DNA of 63,911 nucleotides, the filler included, from Sphacelaria rigidula (lineage: Eukaryota): assembly GCA_964200075.2 (NCBI GenBank). It is 11 parts of 11 records of this genome, joined end to end, with 100 filler letters (N's around TTAATTAATTAA, not from the genome) between each part and the next. Parts side by side here need not be neighbours in the genome. Positions count along the whole stretch, not along the records: positions 34,917 to 40,635 come from CAXNAA020024991.1; positions 40,736 to 46,454 come from CAXNAA020024992.1; positions 46,555 to 52,273 come from CAXNAA020024993.1; 8 more parts are not named here. One strand, 5' to 3'. Within the stretch, counting starts at the first letter, position 1. Every line of letters begins with the position of its first letter. This document shows, piece by piece, positions 36,625-49,260 of the stretch. Both the position numbers and the translations under genes were made by a program. The notes beneath the pieces are model-generated. The model was not told the DNA's origin, did no database searches, and worked only from the letters and a program-made list of their open reading frames with translations.

Positions 36625-37515
36625 GCGGCTTATTGCATATGCGTACGATTTTACCTTCAGGTACTTGTGTACCCCTGTCTTCAAACGACGGTTGGGTGAA
36701 TTTGTCGCGAGCGAATCACTCAATTAGACAGCGTTGGGAACCCGGGAACCCTTTTGTTCTCGTCACCCTCGCTCTTGTCAGCGTATGTATCTCATGAAGT
36801 TAATACTGCCGAGCCCCCCGCCTCCCTCGCCCCCCCTATTTTCTCACACGATACATGCGAAACTCAGAATGCTGAGAAAAAAGCTGCGAATTTTCGAGAG
36901 TGCGCAATTCACATATATGTATGCTGACGAAAAATATGCCGTCAGGAGAAAAAAAGCGTTTCCTAAACTATTTAATGTGAAAAAGATGGACCAATTAGTG
37001 GGACTGGGGTGAGCGCGGGGGGGTGCTCACGGTCTTGCATGACGTAGTCATATGACCGTAAACCTTGCATTCCTACAAAGCCGGGACGGAGCACGCCCGG
37101 TTTTCGCCGGACCAGGAGGTGGAAGGGGGGGGGGAGGGAAGACAAAACATGGATGTCAACCATATGATTTCGTTCTGTTTTATGTCGTCGAACCTCCTGC
37201 AGGAGCCTAATAAATGGTTTACTGGTGGAGGTTTGTGCGTGAGGTTGATTTCCTGTAGGATGGGGTGGTGAATTATACTCCGCCGACCTCTCCCGCGATT
37301 TTTTGCGTTTTGTTTTGGGCGGGCGGGGGGGGGGGGGGGGGGGGGGGGGGGCTGTCGGTTTTTCGAGGGGGGGGGTGGGAAAGATAGGTGCTTGTTTTTG
37401 ATTTTGGGAAACAAATTTTTGTCTTTTTGTTNNNNNNNNNNGGGTGTGTGTGTGGTGGGGGTGGGGGGGTTGTGTGTTCGGGGGGGGTTGCTCGGGGGTT
37501 GGTGGTGTGTGTTGT

Positions 37516-37558
<43 letters not shown>

Positions 37559-39567
37559 CTGTCGATTTTACAAGTGGATGGGTGAGAACGATAGGTACTT
37601 GCATTTGATTTTGGAAGACAAATTTTAGACTTATTGTTGTTCGTTATGTGAACATTGTGTCTGTTGGGTGTTCCGGTCAGCGTGGTCGGCGTGTGTGTAC
37701 GATGTGCATGTGCACGATGTGTTTGTGTATGATGTGCATGTGTGTGTGTCTATGCGTGTCTGTGGGTGTGATTGCAAACTTTCCAGTATGTTGATTTTGT
37801 AGCGATAACTACTGCGGTTGCATTGGGTGCTCGTTTCACCCCTCTCCTCCAACGTGTGAATTTCAAATACTAGGTGTTGATAGATGGTGGTTGGTCTCGG
37901 GGGGGGGAGGGAGGGGGGGTTCAGGACTGCGAAATGTACCTGTCTTATCCTTTGGGGAGAGGGGGGCATCGAAAAATAACGTTCGGAAAAACTGCTTCAT
38001 TGTATGAAATCGCAGCATGCTCTGGAGAGTAATCAACAGTGTTCGATTTTTGGGAAATGACTCACAAAAGAGTTCGGAACTACTTGCTGAAAAATGGGGC
38101 AGGTAAGGCACGGACGGGAAGGCTTTACAGTGGTTTTACGGCCGTCGAGACTGGATTGAATTTGTGTTTGGTGCGTGGTTGTGCAACGAGTTTCTGTGTA
38201 TTGAACTTTTACCCCCTTTTTTGTAAGTGTTTCTTCTTTTTCTTAATCTTAGACGAGGCACCGTGTTACAAAGGATAGTGCCATTCTTCAATGTGTACAA
38301 GTGTTGGTGTTCCGTTCGACTTTTGAGTCTGAATCTTGACTGTGGTCTTATCTGTCCCTACATGTCTGTAGTTGACTTGGTTGTTCTCTTAGATGCTATT
38401 TTTGTCTGCGTACATTGTACTGTGCACTTCCAGCAGTGGTGCGTTCTCCCACACTTCAGCTCTGTTTGTGATTTATGTTCTTCCTTCAACGAGCGTGCAT
38501 GCACCCCTGGAAGTAGCTACAATACTGCGTTCATTTTGATATCAATGTCGAACGTCTAGACCTGACCCATACGTTCCCGAAAGCATGTTCTCATCGTATC
38601 TTCATATACGTATCATTGTAGTAAATAAAATAAAATGGATTGTCAACTTCGTGGAAACACCTCCCTCCAGAGAGGAATCATTTTCGTTTTCAAGCTCCCG
38701 CACGCCGCCGCGCTCCGCCTTCTTTCCTTGATTTTGGGGTACGCATTTTCCGCCGAGACCTTTCGGGAGATATTTCGCTTGTATATCGCCAAACATTGGG
38801 AAGCGTACGGGAGTACATAGGCTTTCCCTGCATGCCGTGTTTCACACGGCGTTATGGCGTCGCAAGTCGTTTCGTTTGATGCGTTTCCTCTCTCGTCGTC
38901 TCGGTGGAGCCTTCAACCGTCGCAGGTATAATCTCTCTCGACCGCACGTAGGCCACGGCCATTTATTCGTGGAACTGCATCACGTTGATTGACTTGAAAA
39001 TTGAAACCGGCAACAGGTTCAGTTGAATCGGAATGATGTGGAACCGTCAGCGTGCCATCGTTCTCCACTGAACTCCCGGGGGTGGAGCTGATATACCTTG
39101 AGCGTGTTTTGATACTGTATTTCACATCGTCTCAACTATACTTCCTTTTTTGCGGTCTTGTGTGCTGCCGCTGCTGCTGCTGCTGCTGCTGCTACTACTC
39201 TACCGTACATGCGATGTTTTTCATCATGAGTCGTCGTACCGGCATTGAACTTGAATCGGCATCACATTCAGATCGCTCCCCACTGAAAGCTGAACAAATT
39301 TGTGCAAGGTCACGCACAACGTGCTCACAGCTGACGAGTACCTACGGCTTTCCCTTGAAGCTACAGTATGCTGACGTGTGCCATCATGCATCGCCACTAA
39401 TACCTGCTCTGATGTTTCTTGGGATTCAATCCACTGAGAGCGTGGCGGCGAAAGTCGCCGAACTCCTGTACATGTTGATGTATAGTTACCAATTAAGGTA
39501 CGCTTAAGGCACCTGGCGGGAAAAACTCTGGTTCGTCGTAACCACGACACGTAGAACAATGACCAGA

Positions 39568-39819
39568 GAGCAGTGCTACGATAGGGGTTGCACTTTTTGT
39601 TTCCGGGTCTCGTTTTCGTAGGAGCCCAAATATATGGGGCTTACTGTGCTACCCAAATCTCCGGGGGCAGGACATGGAAATGCACACAGGGGTATTTTCG
39701 TGAATGGGCATCATTTCAGTCTTTTTCAAGTGAAAATGATGACGATTCTCAAAATGATCCCCGCAACACCCCGAGAAACATTTTCGCTTCAAAAGTGCAA
39801 CCCTACCGTAGCATCACTC
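39568..39819. mobile_element. Sola2-like MITE, subfamily A
   Basis: GAG..CTC TIRs, exact 4-bp TSD CAGA. Confidence 0.88.
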
Positions 39820-40233
39820 CAGAGTATCCGGAGAAAGACAATTTAATCCTCTATTACCCAAGCTTTTCAAAATTGAAAAATAATCAAACCGCGTTGCAAG
39901 AGGAGATGTGGAGTATGGCTCTATTGACGTAAAAATGCGGCCAAACACCCTCTGTTTCACTTACGGTACACTTTACGCAGCAGTTGATTTCTCGCGACCT
40001 TAGACGTCTCAGACCTTCCCCTTTAGTGCAAATGTCTATGAGAATAGTTCGGTCCGTTTAAAAAAAACGGGAAAAAATATTAATCCGGGGATGGAAATCG
40101 CCTATCCCCTGTTTTTCGGAACAAATTTCGCCATTAAGTCGGTGTTTGGCGACGCCGTACTCGACAAAATCTCATGTTTTTTTAAATTCTTTTTCAACCC
40201 ATTGAAATACGTTTTGATAGTAATCTTCCAAAA

Positions 40234-40496
40234 GAATGATGCTACGGTAAGGGTACACAAATAGTTTCTGAGGCTAGAATCGTTAGGAGCCCTTTATTTA
40301 ATCCAAAACACGACGTATGAAAATATGCGAAAGTACGCCAGGATTATTATCCTAATGTGCTGCTGGGGATATTATCCCGAATGAATCTGCAAACGGGAAT
40401 GCCCTGTCCCATATTTTTGTGCGTCTAGAATCTTTAGGAGCCCCTGAACAAGACAAAATTTCGCGAAAAAAGTGCACCCCTACCGTAGCATTGCTC
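40234..40496. mobile_element. Sola2-like MITE, subfamily B
   Basis: Same TIR type, TSD AAAA; interior matches 45741-45996 in reverse. Confidence 0.82.
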
Positions 40497-40735
40497 AAAA
40501 TTTTGGTGCTCATCAGTTGTGATTAAGGTACTCTATCACGCACGTTGAGTGGTGCCCCCTAATCATTCATTTTTCACCAGAAATCGATAATGGCTACGAA
40601 AATGGAACACCTGGGACGTTTCAGGCCTCCTCTTTNNNNNNNNNNNNNNNNNNNNNNNNNNNNNNNNNNNNNNNNNNNNTTAATTAATTAANNNNNNNNN
40701 NNNNNNNNNNNNNNNNNNNNNNNNNNNNNNNNNNN

Positions 40736-41223
40736 ATAGCATACCTGGATTGAGCTTTCAAGTGTTCGCGGACGCCGACTACGCAAGCAAAGCAGCTGAT
40801 AGGCGGTCGGTGTCCGGGGGATTGGTGATGTGTGGGGGTGGATGTGTGTCATGGTTCTCTAGGACGCAAAAATGTGTAACGCAATCTACATCAGAGGCCG
40901 AGTATGTAGCGATTACTGATGTGGTCAAGGAGGTATTATTTTTGAGACAGGTGTGGCGTTTTATGTTACCAGATGGGGTGATTTCGTGCATCCCAGTCCA
41001 TGAGGATAATCAGGGGGCTATCCAGATTGCACAGAACCCTCTGACGAACTCCAGTTCTAAGCACATTGACGTGCGGCATCACTTTATCAGGGAACTAGTA
41101 GCAAGGAAGGAAATTTTGATCATCTATGTAGCCTCGCAGTATCAGCATTCCGATTTCCTTACCAAGGTATTACCGACGGAGCATTTCACGTTTCACCGAA
41201 ATTTCGTCATGAGCATAATGTGA
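40736..41223 (+). mobile_element. pol: Ty1/Copia pol C-terminus (RNase H), cut by the contig start
   Basis: FADADYA..DRRSVSG..STSEAEY..EDNQGAI..SKHIDVRHHFIRE..DFLTK. Confidence 0.97.
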
Positions 41224-41985
41224 ATTCTCCGGGATATGTGTTTGTGATAATGTTGTTTTGGCTCGAATCGGATTTGAACTTGTGTGTTGATTTGATTACA
41301 CCTGATTTGGGATGTGATGAGTGGAGTAAATGAATATGCCGTTTTGATTTGATGATATATTTAAGTGGAAATCCACACCTCATGCCATCCGAAAAGTGAG
41401 GATTGCAGTATGATTGGATACGAGGTGACTGGATTAATTGATTGAGAGTACAGTTAGGATTGAAGCCTTGCAATGCCGATTATGCACGAAACGTTCTATG
41501 GAACGTTTTGTGAAAGTGGGGAGGCAGTAGACACTATGAGATTGATTTGTTTTCAACGGGACAAGGAAGGGTTATCGACTGATATACAATATTTTTATGA
41601 GGATATCTTATTGGCAATTGGCCACGGGCAGGGAGGCTAATCGATTTTACCCGCACCAATTTCCCCGCAGGTGTATGATGGTTGATTGTACCCTGAATGC
41701 GACGGTCAAACAGGGGTACTATGGTCACGGGTAATTGTCGGGTATCTCGGTCCTCTGTTTCACACAAGGGCATGATGAAACCGATGAGTTGGAAGGATGC
41801 CAAACCATGAAGGAGTGTTGCTATGATTCGACGTATGAGGAAGCGATTGTGTGGTGGATTACTAGCCCGAGATGTGGACTGTGGATCAGGCTGAAATGTG
41901 GCGCTGTGAATCAACTGGAGTGTGGTCTATCATGTGTTTGAGGTACGTTGGCTAGTTGATTTTTCGGTCATGGGAGATTATATTA

Positions 41986-42263
41986 TGTGGGCTTGATGAG
42001 GTTGATACGCAACCCTCTTGCCCCACTCTACCTCTCTACCATCTCCACCATCTCCACCTTCTCCACCTCTCCACCTCTCCACCTTGCTCCCCTCGACTTC
42101 AGCTTCTTGCTCCACTTTTCTACTCCTGCTTCCACCGTCGTATTACGGGTTCCAGTAGTTAGTGAGTTTGTTGTGTTGAGCTTTGTGTATTGATTTCCAG
42201 GGTGGTTGAGCATATTTGGTGTCGAGAATATTTGTGTATTGATTTTCTGGTGTTGAGCCTTCA
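41986..42263 (+). repeat. Candidate 3' LTR of the Copia element
   Basis: Position downstream of pol after a short purine-rich tract, TG...CA; boundaries uncertain and no second LTR in the contig. Confidence 0.35.
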
Positions 42264-42339
42264 GTGATATAATAATATATAATAAAACAATTGTGTGCAT
42301 TTTTTTCCCAGTGTGTTTTTGTATACGGACCTGCTGTGC

Positions 42340-45300
42340 TGGCAGTGACCAGCTGCACCGCAGAGTTTGTGTCGTGGCACCCCAGCCACGAGGTACGAAA
42401 GTGCCCCTCTTCGACTTACATGTGTCATATCCTCGATCGGCAAGCGTCTTTGCATTTCGGCTTTAGGCACCTGCGTGACTAAACTACCCCAATGGCACTC
42501 AAATGCATCCGGGCATATTAACACCTGAGAATCAGGACGAGGCTGGAACAGCGTCACGGTGTGAGCTACTAGATCCTCTGCGGCTCCCCACGCCTGCAAC
42601 CCGTCCTCCGTCCACGGTGCAGGCGGAATAGAACGGATTTTTGCAACACGCTCCGTCCGCCTCGCAGCACCCATCATGCGTTCTTCGAGGAAAAACCGCA
42701 AGGGAGCTACGGTTTCTGCCATACGCGGCAATGAGGTACGCAGACAATTCACGGCCTGCAGATTGCATGAATTCTGCGGCCATCTTTGGGCGCCGTATGT
42801 CAGACAGGCCTTGAAATCGGACAGGGTTATGAGATACGAGTCCGTGTGAATACACTTCATCACACCACACAAGTTTACTCGCGAAAAACGTGCATTTGTG
42901 CGCCGCCGCAAACAAACCAACATTCTCTGAACGAGCCAAGATAGCATCAAGCGTGTCTAAACGTTCGTCTTCCGTGTCCGCGAAAACAAACACATCATCC
43001 ACCCATGTCTTGCATTTTAAGCCGACAAGCAGTCCTGTCATTACGCCTTGAAAATATGCCGTGGCATTCAGCACGCCTTGCGGCACTCGCTTCGGGCTAA
43101 ATAAGCAAAAACGGGTCGTGAGTTTGAAACTGTCCTGCGCCTCCCCCGCCAACGACATCTGCCAGTGAACGTGGAGGAGGTCCAATTCGCCAAACGCCGA
43201 CCACTCAATAGATCACGCATGTCCGACTCTCGATTGAGCATCACACCCGGCGACTTCTCAACCCGATCATTTACGGCCCTGTAGTCGCTTGCGAGGCGAA
43301 ACGAGTATTTCATGGGAGCCGCCATCGCCGGACTGGACCATACCGCCTGCAGGTTCCGTACTACCAACCCAAGCGCCAAAAGAGCCGCCATGCACGACGC
43401 CAACCAGCTCGACCTTACCGGATCGTACAGCCGCAGCTTTGCCTTCACCGCGGACGCCCCAAATTTCAGCATACGCATGGGCTCCACGCGCGCAGGGGGA
43501 TCACCCCGCAGCGCACGACGAAACGCGTTGACGCGGCAATGCAATATTCCGCGCAGGCGTTTCGCTTTGGGGATGCTGAGGCCTTTCGCCACAGCATCCG
43601 TCATGCTCTCCTCCCGCGCGACCTTCCTACCGGACTCCTCTTCCGCCTGATCCATAACAATCTCCGGGTCGCGATCTACCAAGCGTTCCACCGCCGCATC
43701 CCGCTCCTCGGTCACCTGCCCCCCAGCCTCCTGAAAATCATCCACCGAGAAGCTCACGCGACGATTGCCCGAACAGGCGGGCGTCTCCACGTGCGGACCA
43801 GGCGGAAACATCCGAGCCTTGCCTTCAACCGTTCATACGGGTCGACTACAAGATCTTGCAGCGTTGGTAATCGCAGAAGAGTAACGCCATCCGATCCCGG
43901 GATAATCGCACACGAGATCGAAGGCAACGGCGCCGGCCCTCAGGCAGTCGTGAAAGCCAGCTGCACGAAACAGAACGCTCCGTGACGGAAACATGTTGAT
44001 CCGATGCGGTGACGGCCTGCCGCCCCCCGAGCGAAAACGGGATGCGCAGCGGGAGAAGACGCTCCAGCACCTCTACCATCTGCACTAACATACTCGTGAA
44101 ATGGGCGCCAGAATCCACCACAGCCCGATCCACAATGGCTCCGCGCTCTCGTTGATTCGCAAGACATGACTCCGCAAAAACGTTTATGTCCGCAAACTCC
44201 ACTGGCACGTCATCCGCCGACCGATGCGCCGCTAATCCCATTCGACGCCATGGCTGCGCAAGCTGCGCAGGCGAAGACGCACCGGCAGGTTCAAACCGCA
44301 CCCCGGGCGGGTATGACCCCCAGCCAGCAGACCAAGAATTTGGCGAACTTCCGACCAGCGCATTAGCAGGCGTCGCGCCTGACGCTGCTGTCGGTGTCGC
44401 CACCGGCGCCACCACCGGCGCCGGCGCAATGTTCGACACTGTAGAAGTCGGTCCCACCGGCACCGCCCGTTGCGGAGCAGCAGCACCTACGGCGGCGCCA
44501 GACCCAGAACCAGGCCCATGCTGGCGCCGCTGTCCCTGCAGCTGCAGCTGCAGCAGCTGCTGCTGCTGCTGCTGAGAACTCGATTGCGATCCGCCGCCGC
44601 CACCCCGATCACCTCGTACTTTGCCCTTGTGCTGACGATGCTGATGGCGCGCGGCATGAGGCTGCCCAGATTCTCCACCTGAAGACGTTTGACAATCTCT
44701 CGCGTAATGGCCAATCTGGCCACAGCGATGGCAAGAAAAATTGGCGGCGCGGCCGGCCGATTTCGAGCCGTGGTTGCGCAAAAGATTCGGCGAGAAAGTG
44801 GACGACTGGCCGAACACCTCTTTTTCCCGCTACTCCTGGCCTCGGCCACGACGGTGTCCATCACCAGGTAGGGGTCTGCCTTCAAACTATTGTTGTGCTG
44901 CAGCTTGACGAGCACACCTCTCAACCAAAGCCTTAGTGACTACTGCAGCCGGGTCGGGAATGAACTCACGCTCTGGGGAACCACATACCAGTTCAACCTT
45001 TGGATTTTCCTCGAGGTACTTCTCCAAATTTGACAGGATGAGCTTCATCCGCTCAAAACATCGTCTTTCCCCTAGAATCCACGGCGACAGTTTTCGCCAC
45101 GGCCGCGGACGCGTGGGTCAGCTCCACCACGGCGCCCGCCGCATGCCCAGCATGCTTTTTGATCGCCGCAACTGATTGCCGCGGGGTGACGGTGCTCTCA
45201 TGCTATTCCAAACGAGCAAACACTCTCTGCCCATGAGTTGGCACTTGTTGGGCCATTGACACCAGCTGATGCCGCACAGCACCCCCTGCGTTAGCGTGCT

Positions 45301-45590
45301 CTACACGTTGCTTGTGCTCCAATCTCTTCGTATCAAAAGTGCGAGATGAACACTCTGAGTTCCTATCCCCGTATTGTGGAGGTCGCAACTCTTCCTGCAT
45401 AACCACGGGCGTCACGCTGGACGTACTGTGCAAACCGATCGTCTTACCTGCAACCGGCTACCTGCGAACGTTTCACAGGCCAGCGGACGTTCGCGAATTG
45501 CCCACTTCCTTGCTTCGTCGCCGCACCACACAGTCGCAGGAGCCTCCAAACTCCCGCTGCACGTAGCTTCAGCAAGTCTATAGTCTGGAT
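42340..45590 (-). mobile_element. gag-pol: Decayed Ty3/Gypsy gag-pol (gag, CCHC, protease, RT, part of RNase H); integrase absent
   Basis: CHRCGQIGHYARDC; AVVDSGA; FRLASDYRAVN; RVPQGVLNATAYFQ; WVDD; ICPDA..HWG; several frameshifts. Confidence 0.95.
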
Positions 45591-45740
45591 CAACCACAGG
45601 CTAGCCATCTTCCTGCAGCCGCCGCAGCTGCAACCCTCTCCACGCGTCCGTGGTTTATTAGATTTTTTCGGAGCTGCCAGACTCCTTCGCCGAAATCCTT
45701 TTCCAGCGGGTTCTGCTAGGTTCTGTTTCTAGCACCAACA

Positions 45741-45996
45741 GAGTGATGCCGCGATAAGGTCTGCACTTTTGGGGCCAAAACCGGCCTGATTCAGGGGTGC
45801 CTAAAATTAGGAACTACACAAGAATATGAGTCAGGATATCCCCGTTTGCAAATTCATTCGGGATATCCTAGCAAATTGGAAGAAAACCCTGGCGTACTCT
45901 CACCTATTTCGAAAGTCGTGTTTTGGGTGAGATAAAGGGTTCCTAACAATTCTACTCTCAGGCCGTAAAAGTGCTGACCCTATCGCAGCATCACTC
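45741..45996. mobile_element. Sola2-like MITE, subfamily B, inserted upstream of Gypsy gag
   Basis: GAGTGATGC..GCATCACTC TIRs, exact TSD AACA. Confidence 0.88.
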
Positions 45997-47508
45997 AACA
46001 CTAGCACTAATATCGATATCGTGACGCCAGCCAGAAGAAAGACCGGTGAATCACTGCTGTTGAGAAGCTCCCCAGCCTCGCGGGAATCACTTTCAGTTGT
46101 CAGCCTGCACAACATCTCACATTATCAGGAGTGCCCTTCCAAGGTACCCACCTTCTAGACCTGTTGGTACCATCCCCGTGTTGTGATATGATGTGACTGA
46201 AGGACGTAGCCATGATCTTGGGAAAAAGTGGCATTGAATCATGGGACATTTTCATGCTCAATTAGCGGAGAATTCGCTGTCCCTTGAGGTTGACGTTCTA
46301 CGGAGAGCATGTATTTGAATTCGAAAAAAAAAAGTGACCCAACCATGGCATGAAGTGACGAGGACGCATTTGGGATGTATGGTATGACCTTAGCTATGAG
46401 TCATCCTACTATAGGGGGGGGGTATTTGGTTGCACAAAAAAAGAGGCTCATAAGNNNNNNNNNNNNNNNNNNNNNNNNNNNNNNNNNNNNNNNNNNNNTT
46501 AATTAATTAANNNNNNNNNNNNNNNNNNNNNNNNNNNNNNNNNNNNNNNNNNNNCACTGTTTTAGGCTTGAGCCTCATCTCGAAGTCAAACCTCAATTCT
46601 CACAATTTGTTGTTAGAACCAGTCTTCTTCAGTCAGATGTATCCCACTTCTGTCCGAAATTGATCTGGTGACCGGAGTCAGACTCATCGCCATTTTCCCG
46701 GAATGAGTCGCGTACCTCGAGTTTGCTTATCACCCTTCCTCTTCAGATTGGTCACTGACCGGAGTCGAGTCGTCCCGTATACTGCATGACCCGACGCAAC
46801 TCCGAGCCAGCTCGATCGTTCCCCATTTGCGACATGGTGGTATACCTTGAGTCATCACGACGGCATGGTGAAGGCATATTCGATTTCATAAAAATCACAA
46901 TCTAGCCGCATGGGATATCTCGGTCACGCGTGCAACCTAGACAAGGGTGGCATCGAGAGCGAAGGCGACTGCAAGAGCTCGATCACTCGATTTTACTCCT
47001 CATCCCAAAAACAACACGTTGGTCATGGGAATGACAGCTGAAGCCTTTGGGGACCCAATGCTGATTTTTGTTCGTGTGAATCGTCATCATTTTGACTTAA
47101 AAATGACAGAAAATTGTGCGGACTCATAAAAACAAAAATCAACACTGGTTTTTCCAAGGGTGAAGCCGGAAAAGTAGTAGCGTTCACTTTATTTCCACGG
47201 CGCTGCCGTTGTTGAATATCTCGATCCCTAATGTTGGGGTTGTAGCAGTCACGCGCGTCCACATTGTTTTAGTGGTGGGTCTTCATCCGAGAGGCCCAGT
47301 ACACCATGCTCTCTACCGAAGTGACGGACTTCTTTGTAGGCCCCATTAGCGGACGTGTCTTGATTGCCACTTTCGCTTCTGCTATTTTTTACTTGTCTCG
47401 CCAAGCATTCAACGTGGAATTTCGCAGTTTGATAGCGCGTCCACAGTACTTGTAGGTCGTTCTACACCCGCGATTCCGGGATGTTGCTACTCCCTGTGAA
47501 CCTTGTAG

Positions 47509-47791
47509 TGCAACGGGATCGACCACACCAGAATGCTGTCGAGCAGGTGGAAAGCATGAAAAGAGAGCTGGAACAAGCGAGTCGCGACTCTCGACAGCTG
47601 ACGGATAAGCTCCGTCGCCTCGAGGAGGAAAATAAGCAGCTTGGAGCCGTGGTGTATCGGCTTGGTGGTCGTGATGCTCGCCGCCTGAAGGCTCAGGTAC
47701 CCCCCCCAGTAAAGGCTTACATGTACGCGTACATGCTCGACCCTCATTGGAGAAACAGGATAGTAATGACCTCAAGCGAGATGAGGACTAA
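47509..47791 (+). CDS. 3' exons (47509-47696, 47759-47791) of a small coiled-coil protein
   Basis: TGTAG acceptor, CAG|GT donor; VESMKRELEQASRDSRQLTDKLRRLEEENKQL heptads; last exon DSNDLKRDED*. Confidence 0.5.
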
Positions 47792-48513
47792 ACGCACGAC
47801 AGCCTCGTCATTTCGAACAAACTCCGAGCGTCCCCCACGTCTGGGTAAATGCCCACCGATTGGAATCAGGCATTGCCTCCCTGTTCCACCCCAATAGGCG
47901 TTTCCTCTTGGCGGATCGAATCCGTGTACACAAGCTGGTGGTGTGCTGTCTGCTACCATAAACGGTTTAATTGTGGCTGACTGACTATTCCCGCCCGAAA
48001 GCATTTCTTAACCGTACCCGTAGTGATTGTGTTGGGATGGTTTTCATGCCTTTTGCGTCGCGCAAGTGCGTGATCATTACGCTGTCGTTCCCCAACTCCG
48101 CCGCTGTGTTGTCATTGGTGTCTTTATGAGGATGCAGCTCTTCTCTCTGTTGTCGACGCCGTCAGGGTGGTCATCGGAAGAAGAACCTGTTCCTCAACTC
48201 GGCATGCCGTAGCAGATCCCGGTGGTGCGGCGTTGGGCTGCACTGATCGACCGTGTACGCACAACCCTTGCTTGGTCCTGGCTAGGGTCGATGTTTCTGT
48301 CCATTCAGTACCTAGTGTGCGATGGTACGTGTGGAAATTATGGCGGGGTTCTCCGATATGACATGACACGCGCTGCTAACTAACAGTGGATAGTGTTCTG
48401 ATTGTAGCTCCACTTGCTTTTCGGGGGAAAGGTATGCTACCACAACCGAGAGGAACTGGCAGCATGTGTTGTATCGTGGGGGTGATTAAGGAAGTTGGAT
48501 CCGAGTAGTACTA

Positions 48514-49260
48514 CTACGTGTATTTGTGCTTCGAGTCTCGAGTGTATTTCGTCGGGTGCTGAGCGTTGTTCGTTGCAACGACTGAGTAGGCGGGCATCTC
48601 CGCTTGCATGGGGAATGTATCATCATTGTTGAAGTGGTCTTGGCGTCCGCAGAAACGACACACTGCGAGAGGTGCACGGGGTGCGCCGTATAGACTGGCT
48701 GGACGCCCAGTGTGACAATCCTCACACAGAAGCATAGACCGTTCCGAGCCCGAGACACGCACTGTATCAGGCCTAGACTCACATTCTGTGAATGGGGCGT
48801 GGATTCATGAAGAGAAGTCCCCCAAGAACATGGTGGTTGATAACACCTTATACTAGTTGGTGGGAAACTCCTTTCCGCTGCCGCTCAGTTAAGCTTGATC
48901 CGAACTAAACGCAGACCTGAGACGGCAGCCCCCCAAATCACTGGCTGGAATATGATGCACTGTGAACCATGCATGTCCTTCGAGAGCACCTGTACTTGTA
49001 CGGTGGGTACCACCCGCAACATTCATCTTCCTCACATCATGATATGGTTCCAATATCACGAGCTTTGCGTATAACAGGAGTGGGGGTATTGGTGTCTCCA
49101 GCCATTGATTTCTACACAACGACTTGTGGTGCATAGCTGCTTTCATCGGGTCCTTCATCACTACTACTGATAGTAAATCTCATGCTTTCACATCCTTCGA
49201 ATCCGCAGTGACCTCTCGAAATGCGGGTTCGTGCCGCACCGTGTACGCGGTTTGCTTGCC
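48514..49260 (-). pseudogene. Decayed Cys-rich (zinc-binding) coding remnant
   Basis: HCGFEGC, CEEDECC..YRCSRRTCMVH with in-frame stops; exon-like LLCEDCH..VCRFC. Confidence 0.3.

Noticed and set aside
36972..37630. 210-aa proline-rich ORF
   Set aside because: Built from G homopolymers and a noisy duplicated segment around a 10-N gap
42990..43010. WVDD instead of YxDD as a novel RT active site
   Set aside because: W-x-DD is usual in stramenopile Gypsy lineages
46018..46030. Gypsy primer-binding site (TGGCGTCACGA on the minus strand)
   Set aside because: No adjacent LTR-terminal CA and no identifiable LTR, so it cannot be supported
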